DNA of 56,674 bases, filler included, from Catajapyx aquilonaris (lineage: Eukaryota): NCBI GenBank assembly GCA_000934665.2. It is 3 parts of 3 records of this genome, joined end to end, with 100 filler letters (N's around TTAATTAATTAA, not from the genome) between each part and the next. Parts side by side here need not be neighbours in the genome. Positions count along the whole stretch, not along the records: positions 37,833 to 56,674 come from JYFJ02006593.1; 2 more parts are not named here. One strand, given 5' to 3'. Below, piece after piece: positions 38,876 through 51,519 of the stretch. A program made the position numbers and the translations under genes. How positions within the stretch are numbered: the first letter of the stretch is position 1; each line of letters starts with the position of its first letter. A model generated the notes under the pieces. It saw only the letters and a list, made by a program, of their open reading frames with translations. It did not search any database and was not told the DNA's origin.

Positions 38876-39049
38876 GGAACAAGATTGCAGGGGCAACACC
38901 TCTTCACATGTAAGACAGTGCCTGTATAGTTCAACATTGGCTTGTGCTGCCCAATATTTTCTATTGAAGGTCTGCTGAGAAAAGGCAAGTGATAATATGC
39001 AATATAATATTCTTGCAACGTTTTCGCACAGTACTACAGTTTCCTCTTC

Positions 39050-40300
39050 GCTCATGTTAGCCTCTTATGCTCTCGTGCCGAGTTTACATACGCGGTTCTC
39101 GTTAGCTCATCTACTTCTGGCCATTTCCTGAGTTTTATCATTACCCGGGCCTTGCTCACCCTCACATCCTCATCATTCCAGTCTACTTTGTATGTCTGTG
39201 AACTGTGTCTTAACATTACGGCTATTTCCCATGGGCCCTTCAATATTAATATAATGAAGCCATTTTTATGATGATTGTGAGCTATACCTGCACAGTGTGA
39301 CGATTCACCTTCCTCACAAAATATGCAGCAGAGCATATCCTGCGAAGCATTCCTGGTTTGGTGTTATGCACAGGACTTTAACTGCATAAGATCTGGCATG
39401 GAAATCCCGAGCATCCTCAAGGGTGACAGAACCACAGGAAAATTTCTTTTCTCGACGGTTACATGTCACAAGAGTGGGCTCACCTCTCGCAGTCGTGCAT
39501 CTGTTCAAAGAAATGAGAGTGAGTATCACTTCTTGTATTGCAAGGTATCGCCGTTGACAGTGACACCGTTTTCAATTTGCATGATTAAGCTCTCGTAAGA
39601 AATCAGACAAAGTCCTCTAAAGGCATAGGTTTCGATTCTCCACAGAACAAACCAAGCACTAATGGAACATTGTCAAGCTCATGAACCTTGCACAAAATCG
39701 GCCAGAAGCTCAAATTTTTCGCTGTTAAATATGGGCAAGCCATCAATGTTGAACGAGAGAGTCAACACCTTTGGAAAACGAGTGGCATTTCTCAATTTTA
39801 CATTGAAGCACTGCTCTAGTCCAAGGTGGTAATATTCCCCTTTTTCTAATTCACTTGTCGAAGTTGCACGTAGAGTTTTCAGAATTGTTCCAGCATCTTG
39901 TGGCAGATCAGAAACGTAAGGCTGCAGAATGTTTAGTAAACATTTTGTTTAGCGCCGTACTGCACAGGCCCATTCCCTGAGTTGACAATCCAGCCCACCC
40001 TATTCAGCTAGCTCTGCAACATTATCCGATGAATGGTCAAGGTCTGGTTCCTCATCCGAATCTGATGAGAAATCGGCAAAAATCGAATGGCCGAGCACGA
40101 GGAGAGCAGCAGGCGTTGCAGCAACTGCGCCTCAGGTACCGAATCACACAAATTCTTACTGTCATCTGCACTAATGCCTGCAGTTAGATTCTGATCAAAA
40201 TTATTTGTTTCATTTGTGACACACTCTGAGGGAAGAGTACTAAGCCCTTCACTAAGGCCGGCTGCAATGAGAGCATTGCACTCGATATCAGTCACGCGCT
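39050..40300 (-). mobile_element. Degenerate CACTA/EnSpm-type transposase
   Basis: LPQDAGTILKT...GEYYHLGL...LTLSFNIDGLPIF motif; many stops and frameshifts. Confidence 0.7.
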
Positions 40301-40489
40301 TTTTGACAATTTGATCACAGTTTCTGGCTCTCTGCCTTTTTGAAACACTTGTCCATTCCGGGTGGGATGGATTGGGTCAGGTCAAAGGGAGGGAGGGTTG
40401 TGGCATGCCGGTATAGGAGGGGCAAATCATCCGATCCCTTCCCCCCTCCCCCCGGGTTCAACAACACCCCAATTTCTTAAACCCGTTGA

Positions 40490-41020
40490 AATATCAAAAC
40501 AATTTAAACACGCTGCGAGAAACTGTCTTTGAGGCTCAAGCAAACATGTTCCAGGGGCGGTTCTGATCCGCAGGGTGTCCACTTGAAGTTTTCTTCCGTC
40601 TTCGGGGGTCATGGCCATCGTACGCCGTCCACTGAGGGTGACCACAGCAAACGCTTCCGATGCCTTCCCATGCACCTCCTTGTGTAATCCAATGCTGCAC
40701 TTTCCAGTATCCAACCGTCACCATGACAAAGTTAAACTGATGGCTGGTTTGAGTCCATATTAAATCCCTAAGTTCGCGCGATTTCGGAAGGCCAAATTTC
40801 AGCCTTGATGGTGGGGTCGGTGGATTCGCCAAATGCAGTCACCTGACGAGGAACCTTGCGCCACTCTCCTCGAATCTGAACCATTGACTCGTCTGCATGT
40901 AGGTAGTTGACGTTCTTCTCCAGTGTTGAAGAAAGATGTGGCTGCGTCGTAGGTGAGGATTTGTGCAGATGACACATCCAAACCGAGGTCCCAAATTTTT
41001 TTGCCAGCACACAGGCACAT
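40490..41020 (-). pseudogene. Intronless ALKBH2-like 2OG-Fe(II) dioxygenase pseudogene
   Basis: Joined frames give LGLDVS...FFNTLEKNVNY...VQIRGEWRKVPRQVTAFG...WP..IAR.RDLI...T.HQFNFVMV...SIGLHKE, colinear with ALKBH2 as I recall it. Confidence 0.7.
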
Positions 41021-42025
41021 TCAGTTGTAGTGAAGATGCATTTTTTTAAAATTAAAACATTATCATTTTAAAGGCATTATTCTTATAAATATCAAAGCTC
41101 AAACAGCTGGCAATACAAAACCAACTTCCATCGAAGATGGTCTTCAATGGGTATCGGCCGACCACGACGAAGGCGTGAGAATATGTGGGTCTCGTCGTCG
41201 ACCGATGGCCAGGGTGGTAGAATGCCTGGTGTCGTTAGCAGCCTCCGATGTATCACCTCAATTCTGGCTTGATGCCGCCTGTACCAGATAAGTTGTTTAC
41301 CCAAGGATAAAAAAAAAGACCCGACTCTCATTAGGTTAACACAATGTCTGCAAAACGGAGTAGTCGGGTGGCTTCTCTAAAGTAGTCATACAATTTGGAC
41401 AGAGGGAAATTCACATATGGTTGGCCAATGCATGAGGGAAGCAAATGTTAATAATATTTGTGGGAGCGCGAGTTTCCCAGCAGTTATTCGTCTGCTCTTA
41501 TCGTCTTGTCAATAAAATTGGTCAGCAGCTGGGTGCAGTGCAGGGGGGCATCCGGTCATTAGGAAACTCCCCAACAATTCCTACCTCTGAAAAATGTCCA
41601 AGACCGTCATTGTGAAAGCGTGATACAGATACAGGATGCTTTTCGATATGTTAAATCAGCTGCTATAACAGTGGGCGATACACTCTAGGGATTAACACCT
41701 CGGATACCAATCCTTTCAGGTTGCACTCCTTCGAGGATTTAGATAACCGTCTAAACCCCTCCATATGAAAGTGAATCACACAAAAACCCATTCCCACCTC
41801 TGAAAATGACAAAAATAAGGTTTGAAATATGATACAAATTTTTGTGGCTTTTTTTCAACTTGCATTTTTATTACATCAGTTGAAAAATTAATACAGTAGA
41901 AACCCCACAGGTGTCTTCAGGCACCTCGAGATACCATTTGCTTGCAGTGGGAGGGCTTCACAATAATACAATGGGCAATCGCTGATTTCATAACCCGAGG
42001 TTCCAAATGAAATGTTACGGCATCA

Positions 42026-42118
42026 GCCAGATTGAGGTATATCTCAATCAGAAGTTGGTGACGCCCTCGGCCAATACTTACCCGTACCGAGCCTATTTGC
42101 AAACTTTACTCTCTTGCT
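42026..42118 (+). mobile_element. Maverick/Polinton major capsid protein, internal fragment
   Basis: SQIEVYLNQKLVTPSANTYPYRAYLQTLLS matches the capsid SQ.DV.LN......N.YPYRAY.ETLL motif. Confidence 0.75.
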
Positions 42119-42934
42119 GCACTTTGAGTAAGTACATTACTTTTGCGGTTAATAGTACATAATGAATAGGCTACTTGTGAGTCAGTTTTCAACATTTATT
42201 AGTCAGGCAAAACTGGGCAGGATTTCTCGTCGAAGTCCCACACTAGCTGTAATATTGCTTTTTCGAACTGTCTCTGTTTGGCCGCTGGTTAATCCAAATA
42301 TAGTGACTCCACATACTCCGAGCTGCGCATACTTTGAGGGCTTCTGATTGATTCGCCTGAAAAGAAGCATTAATTACAAATGATGGGTGTGATGATTCAG
42401 TATAGGTTGAAACAGGTTGACTCCTTTTTGACAAAGAATTATATGCAATGACGTCACAGTTTGTATGTTACTTTACTTAATAAATTAGGGGAAAACGATA
42501 TTGAAGATTTTCATTTGACATACCCTTGAATATCTGCCAACGTTCCCACCAGAACATTGTCCACTGATGCCGATGCTGGTGGTGCCAGCTTCCTTCTCCT
42601 CCTTGGCTTCGGTTCAGTGTCATGTGATGGGGTGCTGAGGGGAGTCTCCGTTGAGGACATGGGTGTTGCGGAAATGGGATCATCAGCTGGTTGCATGGGA
42701 TCTTCATCAGGATACGTGTCTGTTGCATCACTATGCAACCAGTCCAGGTTTACTGTCAGCAGTTTTTTACAGCCTTGGAGAATACTTCGTTCCCTGAATT
42801 AATAGCAATTAAATTCTGTAACTCTCAACTATGTTGGAGGCGAAAGAAATTGTTGCATAGTTTATTACAATACCGACACTTCATTGTAATAAGTATGGAG
42901 TCTGTTAGAAAGCTTGATTCATTTAACAAGTTAC

Positions 42935-43870
42935 GTCACAACTGCATTTGCACAGGCTGGTGCATGGTAGTTGAGATTTCCCACAGCTACACCGTTTTCC
43001 ACATCAGGTTTTGCAGGAACAAGAGATTACCTCGCGGCACGCCCTCCCTGCCTCCGGCAGGGTCGTCCACTTAATCTGGAGTAAGAAAAATGTACTTTAA
43101 CGAGAAATACTGACCACTGCGTTGCATTGCGTATAAATCGTATAACATAATCTGTACCTTCCATACTCCTGGCGGTGTCTTAATCCACCCGTACAATGCA
43201 GGGTCGGGAAGAACGAAGTCCTTCTTCAGACTCTGCCCCCAAATATGCCCCGCCTGGTAGGCAGCTCTCTGGGTATGCAGATGGAGTGCATCTTGGGTGG
43301 GGGGGATCTTCTCTATGTCTCTACCCTTACTGAATAGGTGAAGACGGGCGGTATTGACCTCTTCATCTTCTGAACATCTGACATACATGATAGCCACATA
43401 CCTCTCCAGCACAGGCACAGCCTCCTCAATTGCAAGCAAGGAGGGGGCCTTTGACAAGCACTCAAAAGATTGCATTTACTTCAGGAAAATTTTTCCACGC
43501 CGCCAGAGCTGTACTTTTTCCTTTGCCCCTGAATGCAGAAGTAGTGTCGCAACCCGTGAATGCGTGGAAGAAGGGAAGACCCGAACACCTTTCTGGACCA
43601 AGACACTGTCTGATAGAGGAGACATCCAGCATGCGGTAGGACTTCCCGGCACCCAAGGCTATCCTTAAGCTTTGACAGCCAGGTAGAGCATGCAAAAAGG
43701 CAGTTGCCAGTACCACCACGTCTGTGTCGACCGTGCGGATCAAAATGTGGTTGAGCCCTTCCCTGCACCCATCAGCGACGTGGAGGATCATTCTATAATC
43801 TGCTTCTTCATGGACGCAGGGCATCATATTTGTCAGGTCACTCTCAATTGAAGAGATGACCTCTTGTATC
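42935..43870 (-). mobile_element. Academ-type (AcademX) transposase C-terminus: XPG-like nuclease + Cys8 finger, degenerate
   Basis: HEEADYRMILH, T.DTDV.VL, FHAFTGCDTTSAF.GKGK, PPTQDAL..H..RA.YQAG.IW; intron 43076-43157; then CSCKT*CGKRCSCGK..LPCTSLCKC. One frameshift and one stop. Confidence 0.78.
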
Positions 43871-44699
43871 CTTACGTTTCTTAAGACTCGGTTATCCGTT
43901 CACGCCTTACACAAAATCGACTTGGGTCATTGGGGTCATCGTCTCCCCTTTCTGGGTCACTAGTTTTTTTTTCGCAGTTGTAAGTGGTGAGCCAGCGTGA
44001 AGTTGGCTCACCAATCTTTGAAACTTGATATCTCGGGTTGTATGAGGGGTCAAAGGTCAAATCGACATGGGTCATTGGGGTCATCGGCGCCCCTTTCTGG
44101 GTCATTAGTGTCATAGGCGCCCCTTTCTGGGTCATTAGTTTTTTTTCGCATCTGTCGTAGGTGGTGAGCCAGCTTCACACACGTGCGATCTTCCTCAGTT
44201 ATCCTTGGTACATGTTCAGTACATACCCGTTCAAACCCTAGGTACCCTATCGCGAGTACAATTGACCTGAGGGCCTCGAGACAGTCGTGATCGGGTTTCT
44301 CGCCCCCGACAACATAGGTCTACACCCAAAAATGATCTCGCTAGGACGATTGTAACGGATTTAATGGCCCAGAATGACTTAGGCCCCAAACTGTACTTTG
44401 CGTGACTGTAGAGAGGTTAAAGGTCACTGATCCGATGGGCTCCTGTTCTGAATATGGTCCTTAGGTCCCTACTGACACGACAAAAAAAAAATCGCTTTTA
44501 ACCTATTGTGCATAATTCTTACATCAAACCGCCGGACTATAGGTCTTGGGTTGACAATAACTCGGCCTCTGGAAGGACGGCCACGGCTGGGTCGTCTGGT
44601 CAGAGGTGGAGTAGCTCCGAATCGTCTCTGCACCCTCGGGTAGAACTTCGAGGAGGCATAGGCTGACGTGCTCGGCTGGCCTTCTGGCAGGGCTGGCTT

Positions 44700-44852
44700 G
44701 GACTTGACCACAACCGTGACTCCATCGTTTTTGTTTTGTTTTCAATCACTCCTTTGCACTGCTCCGCTGCCTCCGACAAGTACAATTTCTCCTCCTCGGT
44801 GAAATTGGCTGCCTTCGTCCCCCTTTTCTGGTGCTGGTGCTGCAGTCACCAT
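44700..44852 (-). pseudogene. Myb/SANT-like DNA-binding fragment (Harbinger/MSANTD3 type)
   Basis: KAANFTEEEKLYLSE....KGVIENK..DGVT...K. Confidence 0.65.
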
Positions 44853-45526
44853 GCTTCCCAGGTCTGACCTCAGCTGTCAGACCTGCGACCTACGTCGGCC
44901 ATGTGACTTTCAGATGTGCTGTTGAGGCCTAATAATTGTAGTCACCTTTACATTGTTCCATCACACTGTGCAATTGTGGTCTGGTCTTAAAATGAATCAT
45001 TCGTGGTGGCCATGTGCAACTGTGACTTCAGAAGGAACGCAATCAGCTGCCTCTTCCAGTAGAGTAGGTCAACATACGAGTAGATGTATAAAGTGTGGAT
45101 TTTCACTGTATAAGTATCAGACACTTGTATAGCATATGCCTAACAGCCACGTGGAACAGGTTCCATCACTTGCATGCTCACAATGCATTCACTTTTCCAG
45201 CCACTTAGGCTAAGTGTTAACTTTTCCATGAAGGCATTTCTAATGCATAAAATATTAGACCATGGTTACTTGTCCACTTGACTCTTTTCCCCCTCAATCT
45301 ATAAACAGCCCATTTCGTTGGATCACCCTGTACATGCATTTCTTATGTTAGGCGGAGGAGGTGTGTGCGCGCGCGAGCACTTCAGCTCCCTGCCTTGCAG
45401 GAAGCCAGAAAAATAAAACCTGCCAACAGCAGTAAAAGGTTTATTATTTTATTGCATTCCGATATCAACGGATGTTCAGCCCTCCTGAGAAGGCGTCCTG
45501 CTAGCACACTACACCAGCCGCTGGAC

Positions 45527-46800
45527 AGCTGCGTAGCTAAAGTTTTCCGCGCCCGGGAACAAAGTCAGTTTTCGCGCCCCCTCGAGGCTCCCCCCCCCTC
45601 CTCCCTCCTGCCCCCCTCGGCCCTCGCCCCTCCGCCCGCGTGACAAAGTGTGAGCCATATACAATTGCGGAAACTTACATTACTTTGTACATAACATAAT
45701 TAATATAAAGTATGGTGACCTGAAAAGTTAAAGTAAAGAGAAATGGTTTCATGAAATGTTTTTGATGCTTTATTGTTATTTTACTTCAAAGAGAAATTCG
45801 CCTTGTCTTTGCTGCTGCAGATTTATCGATTATGTCATCAACGTTAATTCTGTCGGTAACTTCCCGCTCCATACTCAACAAAGCCAAGGATGACAATGTT
45901 TCCTGACCCATACCTGATCTCAGGTAGGAGAGGATAAGTTTTAACTTGCTGATTGTTGCAACATCCATTTCCAGTTGCGAAAGGTCTTATAGTAAGATCT
46001 GAAGACCAACTCTCAGATTTGGAAATACATCATCCCCATACTGCACAATGAAACGGAGCAGGTCCTCTGGTGTCGAAACCTTAACATCACCCCTTGTCGT
46101 GAGCAGCATTCGGCAGTCCATTATTTCACTGAACATCTCCAAGCCATCCAAGTGTGTATCATAAATGCTTCCCATAAAAATGCGATTCTGTTTGAAGCTG
46201 CTGTCATTAGTTGTTGTGCACATCAGTTTTTTTATGTCTAAAAGAAAGCCAAAATTCGAGTCCAGTTTCTTCAAGCTGATGAATCTGTCTCCCATCTCTG
46301 CGTGTATTTTGTCAATCATACTTTTCATAATGATAATTCATACCCCGTTATCAGCCTTTTCCGGCTCTTTAGGGGGGGAAGTTTGTTTTGCCTGGAACTC
46401 TTTGCTTTTTCATTTTACTGTGCTTTTTGGAATAGGAAAGGGACGGAATGAAGCGGCTGTGGCCTATTAATTACGGAAGCAACTCCGGAATTTGCCTGGA
46501 AGGACCTTGGCAAACCACAGAAAACCACGGTCAGATTTGCCGGCCCCGGGATTTGATCCCAGGACCTCTCGATTAATAGTCGGACACCATATCCCCTCCT
46601 CCAAACTGCTTCGGTCATTGTTTTCTTCTTCCTCCGCCGTCTCTCCACTTGGACATCAAAAGCTTTTACCATTAGCGATATGCCTCTCATTGGACGTCCC
46701 ATTCGCGCGTTTTTTGTTGCTCTAACTTGAAAATAACACCAATCACCCTGAACTAAACAATCACAGTACTTCATGTCCCATGTTTCCAAAAACCCTACCA
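45527..46800 (-). mobile_element. Degenerate hAT transposon, 3' part
   Basis: FPNLRVGLQILL...SKLKLILSYLRSGMGQETLSSLALLS.E dimerisation domain; CAGCTGCGTAGCTA terminus with GCGCCC subterminal repeats. Confidence 0.85.
46330..46617 (-). mobile_element. tRNA-derived SINE, family B, inside a hAT transposase
   Basis: Colinear with 14614-14918, including the 3' tail. Confidence 0.82.
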
Positions 46801-47139
46801 ACTTCTAGTCCCGGTTCAGTCTTACAGCACACACATTTGGCTTCCTGTATACTTAACCCTGCCACATTCCATGCTGCTGCTCTAAATATTACATTAGTTA
46901 TACTCCAGGTTGGGGTGTGTGTGAAGAATTACAGACACCGATTGAACGGCCAGCGATCAGTTTAAGGATATCTTCGCCCATCTAAGAAATGTTATCAAAC
47001 GAAATGCAGTATTACTTTTACATTGCGAGGAAAAAGTCACGTGAAATCACTTCATGAAAAGTTCTTCTCACTTGATTTTACGGAATAATAATTATATTAA
47101 AAAATCCTATGAACTCTTCTTACGCATTCAAATTCCCTA

Positions 47140-47960
47140 AGTCCCTGCAGGCAGGGTACTCATGCCCCCCCCTCATGTGGCACCAATGGCAAGTGTCAAT
47201 CTGATATGGAGACTTTCCAGGAATGATCTAGACTTCTTTAGTCCCCACTTGAGGGAAGAGGTCATTCAGTAGTCTCTTAAGGCCGCGACACCACTTGCTG
47301 ACACCCGCACCAGAAAAATGTAGCCCATCCTTGGCCATAATATCATAATCTCTCATAATAATAGTCCCTCATAATTAAAATGATTCTTTTAAAACTGCCC
47401 ATTCATTTTGCCCTAACCTCGTTGCAAAAAATTAGTGAACTCTGAAAAATTATTCAAAAGTCTCGCTGAACTTTGGAGAAAGGTAATCCAAGCAATTAGT
47501 ATCATATAGGCCTACTGTACCTCAACTTTGTACAGATGAGCACCAGCAATCCGCTGCGTCATCTTCTTGATCTTCCTGTTCCACCACATGCGATGCCTGT
47601 CAAAAGCTGGTTGGTCCACTCGAGGCGCGACTTCTGCCACGATTATTCGGCAATTGGGCAGGTCTCCTCTCAAATTGCCTCAGAATCCCCTCCAATTCCT
47701 CCTGGCGTTTGGCCAGTTCAGCCCCGGCCGTTGTTGGGTCACTTGTGTGGGCGTGGGCGATTTCGTTGGTGCCCACGGCTACCACCACGAAGTCCAGCTT
47801 GTTCATATTCATCCTGACCACCTCCATGGTAGGCTGCAGGTCAGCTACACGCCCCCCCTGGCAGGCTGAATGTGATGATATGATGCTGGGGAGGCAGCAC
47901 GCGGTTCCCCGGGCTGTATTTTATCATGGAGTCTCCTATCAAAATTCCCTTCAGGATCAT
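47140..47960 (-). pseudogene. SGNH hydrolase + CCHC knuckle gene, copy A (frameshifts and a stop)
   Basis: Exon 47521-47960 (GDS, GTNE) and exon ~47140-47339 (KDGLHFS...CHWCHMRG). Confidence 0.75.
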
Positions 47961-48339
47961 CTGCAAAAACAAGAACTTATACAATTAAAGTACGAATTTT
48001 TAGGCAGAAAACACCCTGAAATAGGCACATAAATTTTACCCTATTTTACCTTTGCGGGTGTATGGATGGAGGATAACATTACAGAAAAAGGCAGACATAA
48101 TTTACAGGCCTTAAGTATATTATAAGGCGACAAACCAGAGCAAAAACCGTATATGGTAACAATGAAATACCGACAGAAAATCACAAAACAGTGTGTATGA
48201 AGAACTGGTCGTGCAGGCGGAGTGAATAACTAACTCTGCATGTCATATATACTATATCAGTCTAGTGACTTTGAGCTAAGTAGCTTAAGAATGCTGTGTT
48301 CAAGCATCCGGTCATTAGGTGTCCCTGCAATTCCTAACC

Positions 48340-48715
48340 CAGAAAATCCCGAAAAATATTTGAAAATACAGTATACTGACTTTCCCTGAACTTGGATCCC
48401 TGATGTTTCCAGAACCTGTATGTCTCTGATTAATCTGCGGAATAAGACTCCCTGCCCAGCTACTTTGCAGTCCTTTTCTCGAACCAATATCACAAGTTGA
48501 ATAACTTGCAAAGAAAACCGCAAGTGATCTGGAAGATTACCCAAAGTAATGTATACACTGCTAAGAGCTTGTGCTTCGTTTTGGCTGCACCTATGGGATT
48601 TACTGTTTCGAAGGCATCCTGATACAATATGATCCGAAGAGCATCGAAATTGAAGCCTTTTTCGTAAAAACAACATATGTCAAACAACTTTTCAGGAGAG
48701 AGAGAAAACATTCTC
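48340..48715 (-). mobile_element. CMC/EnSpm-type transposase fragment
   Basis: LYQDAFETVNPIGAAKTKHKL.AVY.TLGNLP..LR..L..IQL...LIRDIQ.LE..GI, with one frameshift. Confidence 0.72.
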
Positions 48716-49213
48716 TGGTCTGAACAAATGCAAATTCACACAATCAAATAATAGTGTCTTATGGACACACTCATGTTAATCTTCATGAAATTTCAATATC
48801 TGAGAGCGGTAGATTTGATGAAAAAAAAAATCCAGACTAAAATTGACATATGCTTTCTTACTTAAAAGTTGAAATAAAAATCCATAATGTTCCACTTTCC
48901 ATTATATTTCATTATGAAATACATAATTTTTACCCTCAGAGAATGCACTGATTCATTCCTACAGATCCTCGCAGCCACTGCTGTTATCTTCCTCATCAAT
49001 GTCAACAGTCTTGCCTCTGTCGTCAGTTCTGAAGTCTTCAAAGAAATTCTTGTTCTCAGATTCTTTGTTCTCAGATTCAGATCACTTCAGCATGTGCCAT
49101 CTTGGCAGTAGAGATAGAGGTTTATCTATGTGAGCTAGATGACAAGACATGCCACTACAGCTCATAATCTAGTTATATTTTATGGATTGTACACGTGTAT
49201 AGGCCTACTGTAC

Positions 49214-49648
49214 CTCAACTTTGTAAATATGAGCACCAGCAATCCGCTGCGTCATCTTCTTGATCTTCCTGTTCCACCACATGCGATGCCTGTCAAGAGC
49301 TGGTTGGTCCTCTCGAGGCGCGACTTCTGCCACGATTACTCTGCAATTGGGCAGGCCCCCTCTGAATTGTCTTAGAAACTCTTCCAACTCCTCCTGTCGT
49401 TTGGCCAGTTCAGCCCCGGCCGTGGTTAGGTCACTTGTGTGGGCGTGGGCGATATCATTGGTGCCCACGGCTCCCACCATGAAGTCCAGCTGATACCGAT
49501 TCCTCCTGAGCACCTCCATGGTTGGCTGAAGGTCTGATACACGCCCCCCTGGTAGGCTGAACGTTGTCACATCGTGCTGGGGCAGCACGCGGTTCCCCGG
49601 GCAGTATTTAATCATTGAATCTCCTGACAAAACTCCCTTCAGGATCAT
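49214..49648 (-). CDS. SGNH hydrolase gene, copy B, open first coding exon (second exon absent)
   Basis: Open 145 codons with GDSM, PGG and VGTND; TTTTGCAG acceptor, GTACAG donor. Confidence 0.7.
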
Positions 49649-49830
49649 CTGCAAAAACAAGAACTTATAATAAGCCAGAAGGTGTATTATAATGACCAGA
49701 GATAACCCCTTGAAGTGTGACGTTCACACAATAGGAAAACCTGGTGACACAACTCCACACCCAACCAACCAACCAACCACAACCCTTTTACAGAGATAGA
49801 CTCACCCCCGAGTGTGACGAAATTGGTATG

Positions 49831-50032
49831 TTTATTTAGTTTAGTTTAGTTTATTTTATTTCTTTTCCCCTGGTAGGCTTCCGCCTTTACATAAGGGGGA
49901 GGTCCCCGCAATGTTTACATTAAATACATTACACTTACATATGATACATAATATTATGCTCCCTGTAGTAGTATGAAGTGTTCATTAAACAAAAAGGTCG
50001 CATATACTAAACAATAGGAAAAAAAGGGGGGN
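49831..50032 (-). mobile_element. 5'-truncated non-LTR retroelement insertion
   Basis: 14-bp direct repeat ACGAAATTGGTATG on both sides; (TTTAG)n tail. Confidence 0.7.
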
Positions 50033-51519
50033 ACGAAATTGGTATGTGACCCATCTTGAGAGGACTGGGATTGTTCAAGATTGGAATGTTATTCCCCCTG
50101 AGGCGAAAAGGACATGGGTTAACTCCTTTCTATACTTTATCCCTTGCCTGCAAATTCTCCTTCAGCCAGAATTGTGCTTGAATTGCTTCTGCTTCACTGA
50201 TCTCCTCTGCGAAGCAATCGTTATCATAATTATTTTAAACGCATAAAAGTAATTGCTATGGATTGCTAAATGCAGGGTGGGTCAATAGATCAGACTGCTG
50301 GGAAGGGAGGGAGCTGAACCGGGCAGGCTCTTACCATGCGGGCTGGGAGACACGTGGTCTTTCATGCTTTTCAGGGTCACATCTTAAAATCTCTGGCTAA
50401 CCCCACCCATCAACTGTACCTGACAAATACTTCCGTTATTTAGCCACATTTTGACGCATGAATCATTTGGATATGTTCACCATAGCGCGAGTCACAAGCC
50501 ACTAAAAAGGTATCACATCGATTGACCCACTCTGTATAATACCATACCTGTAGGATCAATTATAGCTGGGAGTCTGGGACACACAGCCTCTGTTTTGGTA
50601 CTCCGTCAGTGTCAACACTTTTGCCACTTTCAGGTGCTGTCCTTTTCAACCCTCGTTTCCTCCAATTGCGGAACCTTTCTTCGAGCATTCCCTTTGCAGG
50701 TTGGCCATTTTGGCTGCGAATGTAGTACAGCGCCTATATGCAAAGTAATATAGGCCTACATCACAATAAATCGAGAAAAACTAAAACTAGCCCAACATTT
50801 CCCCATATTTCCCATGGGGTGGGCTCAAGATACCCGCGCCTATGGAGATTCACATGTTAGCGTTTGGCTTAATAACTTAATTCAGACTGAACGAAATTAC
50901 GTGCAATTTTTAAACAATACGGCACAGCATCCCTTGTGATGGTGGCTTTTTGTAGACCGACTCATGATCTAGGGTATGATTTCATGATGAAAATTAATTA
51001 ACGGAGAAAGGTTTCACTCACAGTTTCACTCACAGTGTTTTAGAAATGGAAAAAAAACTCTTGTCTAAACTGAACTAAATGACTATCTATTTTTTTTCCA
51101 TTCATCACAGCATCCTGTATGTTGACCGATTCCATATCCAGTCAAACATCTGAATGTGAATCACACAAGAACCCATGCCCGCCTCTGAAAATGACAAAAA
51201 TAAGGTTTGAAATATGATGTAAATTTTAGGGTCACTTTTTCAACAAGCATTTTTATTACACCTGTTGAAAAAATTAATACAATAGAAACCCCACCGGTGT
51301 CCTCAGGCACCTCGAGGTACCATTTGCTTGCGGTGGGGGGTTTCACAATAATACAAAGGCCAATCGCTGATGTCACAACCAGAGGATCCAGGTGAAATTT
51401 TATGGCATCTTCTGACGTTAGTATTACAGAACTGTAGTGCAATGCTACACCTGCCGTTAGACAGTCTATTCGCTAGAGCAAAATTAAACTCATATGTGCT
51501 ATGCAACCACAAGATGTCA

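Noticed and set aside
42477..42790. Acidic/basic low-complexity ORF, possibly a TE accessory protein
   Set aside because: No diagnostic motif to support a call.
49214..49648. oskar orthologue
   Set aside because: No LOTUS domain, and the catalytic SGNH residues are retained, unlike OSK.
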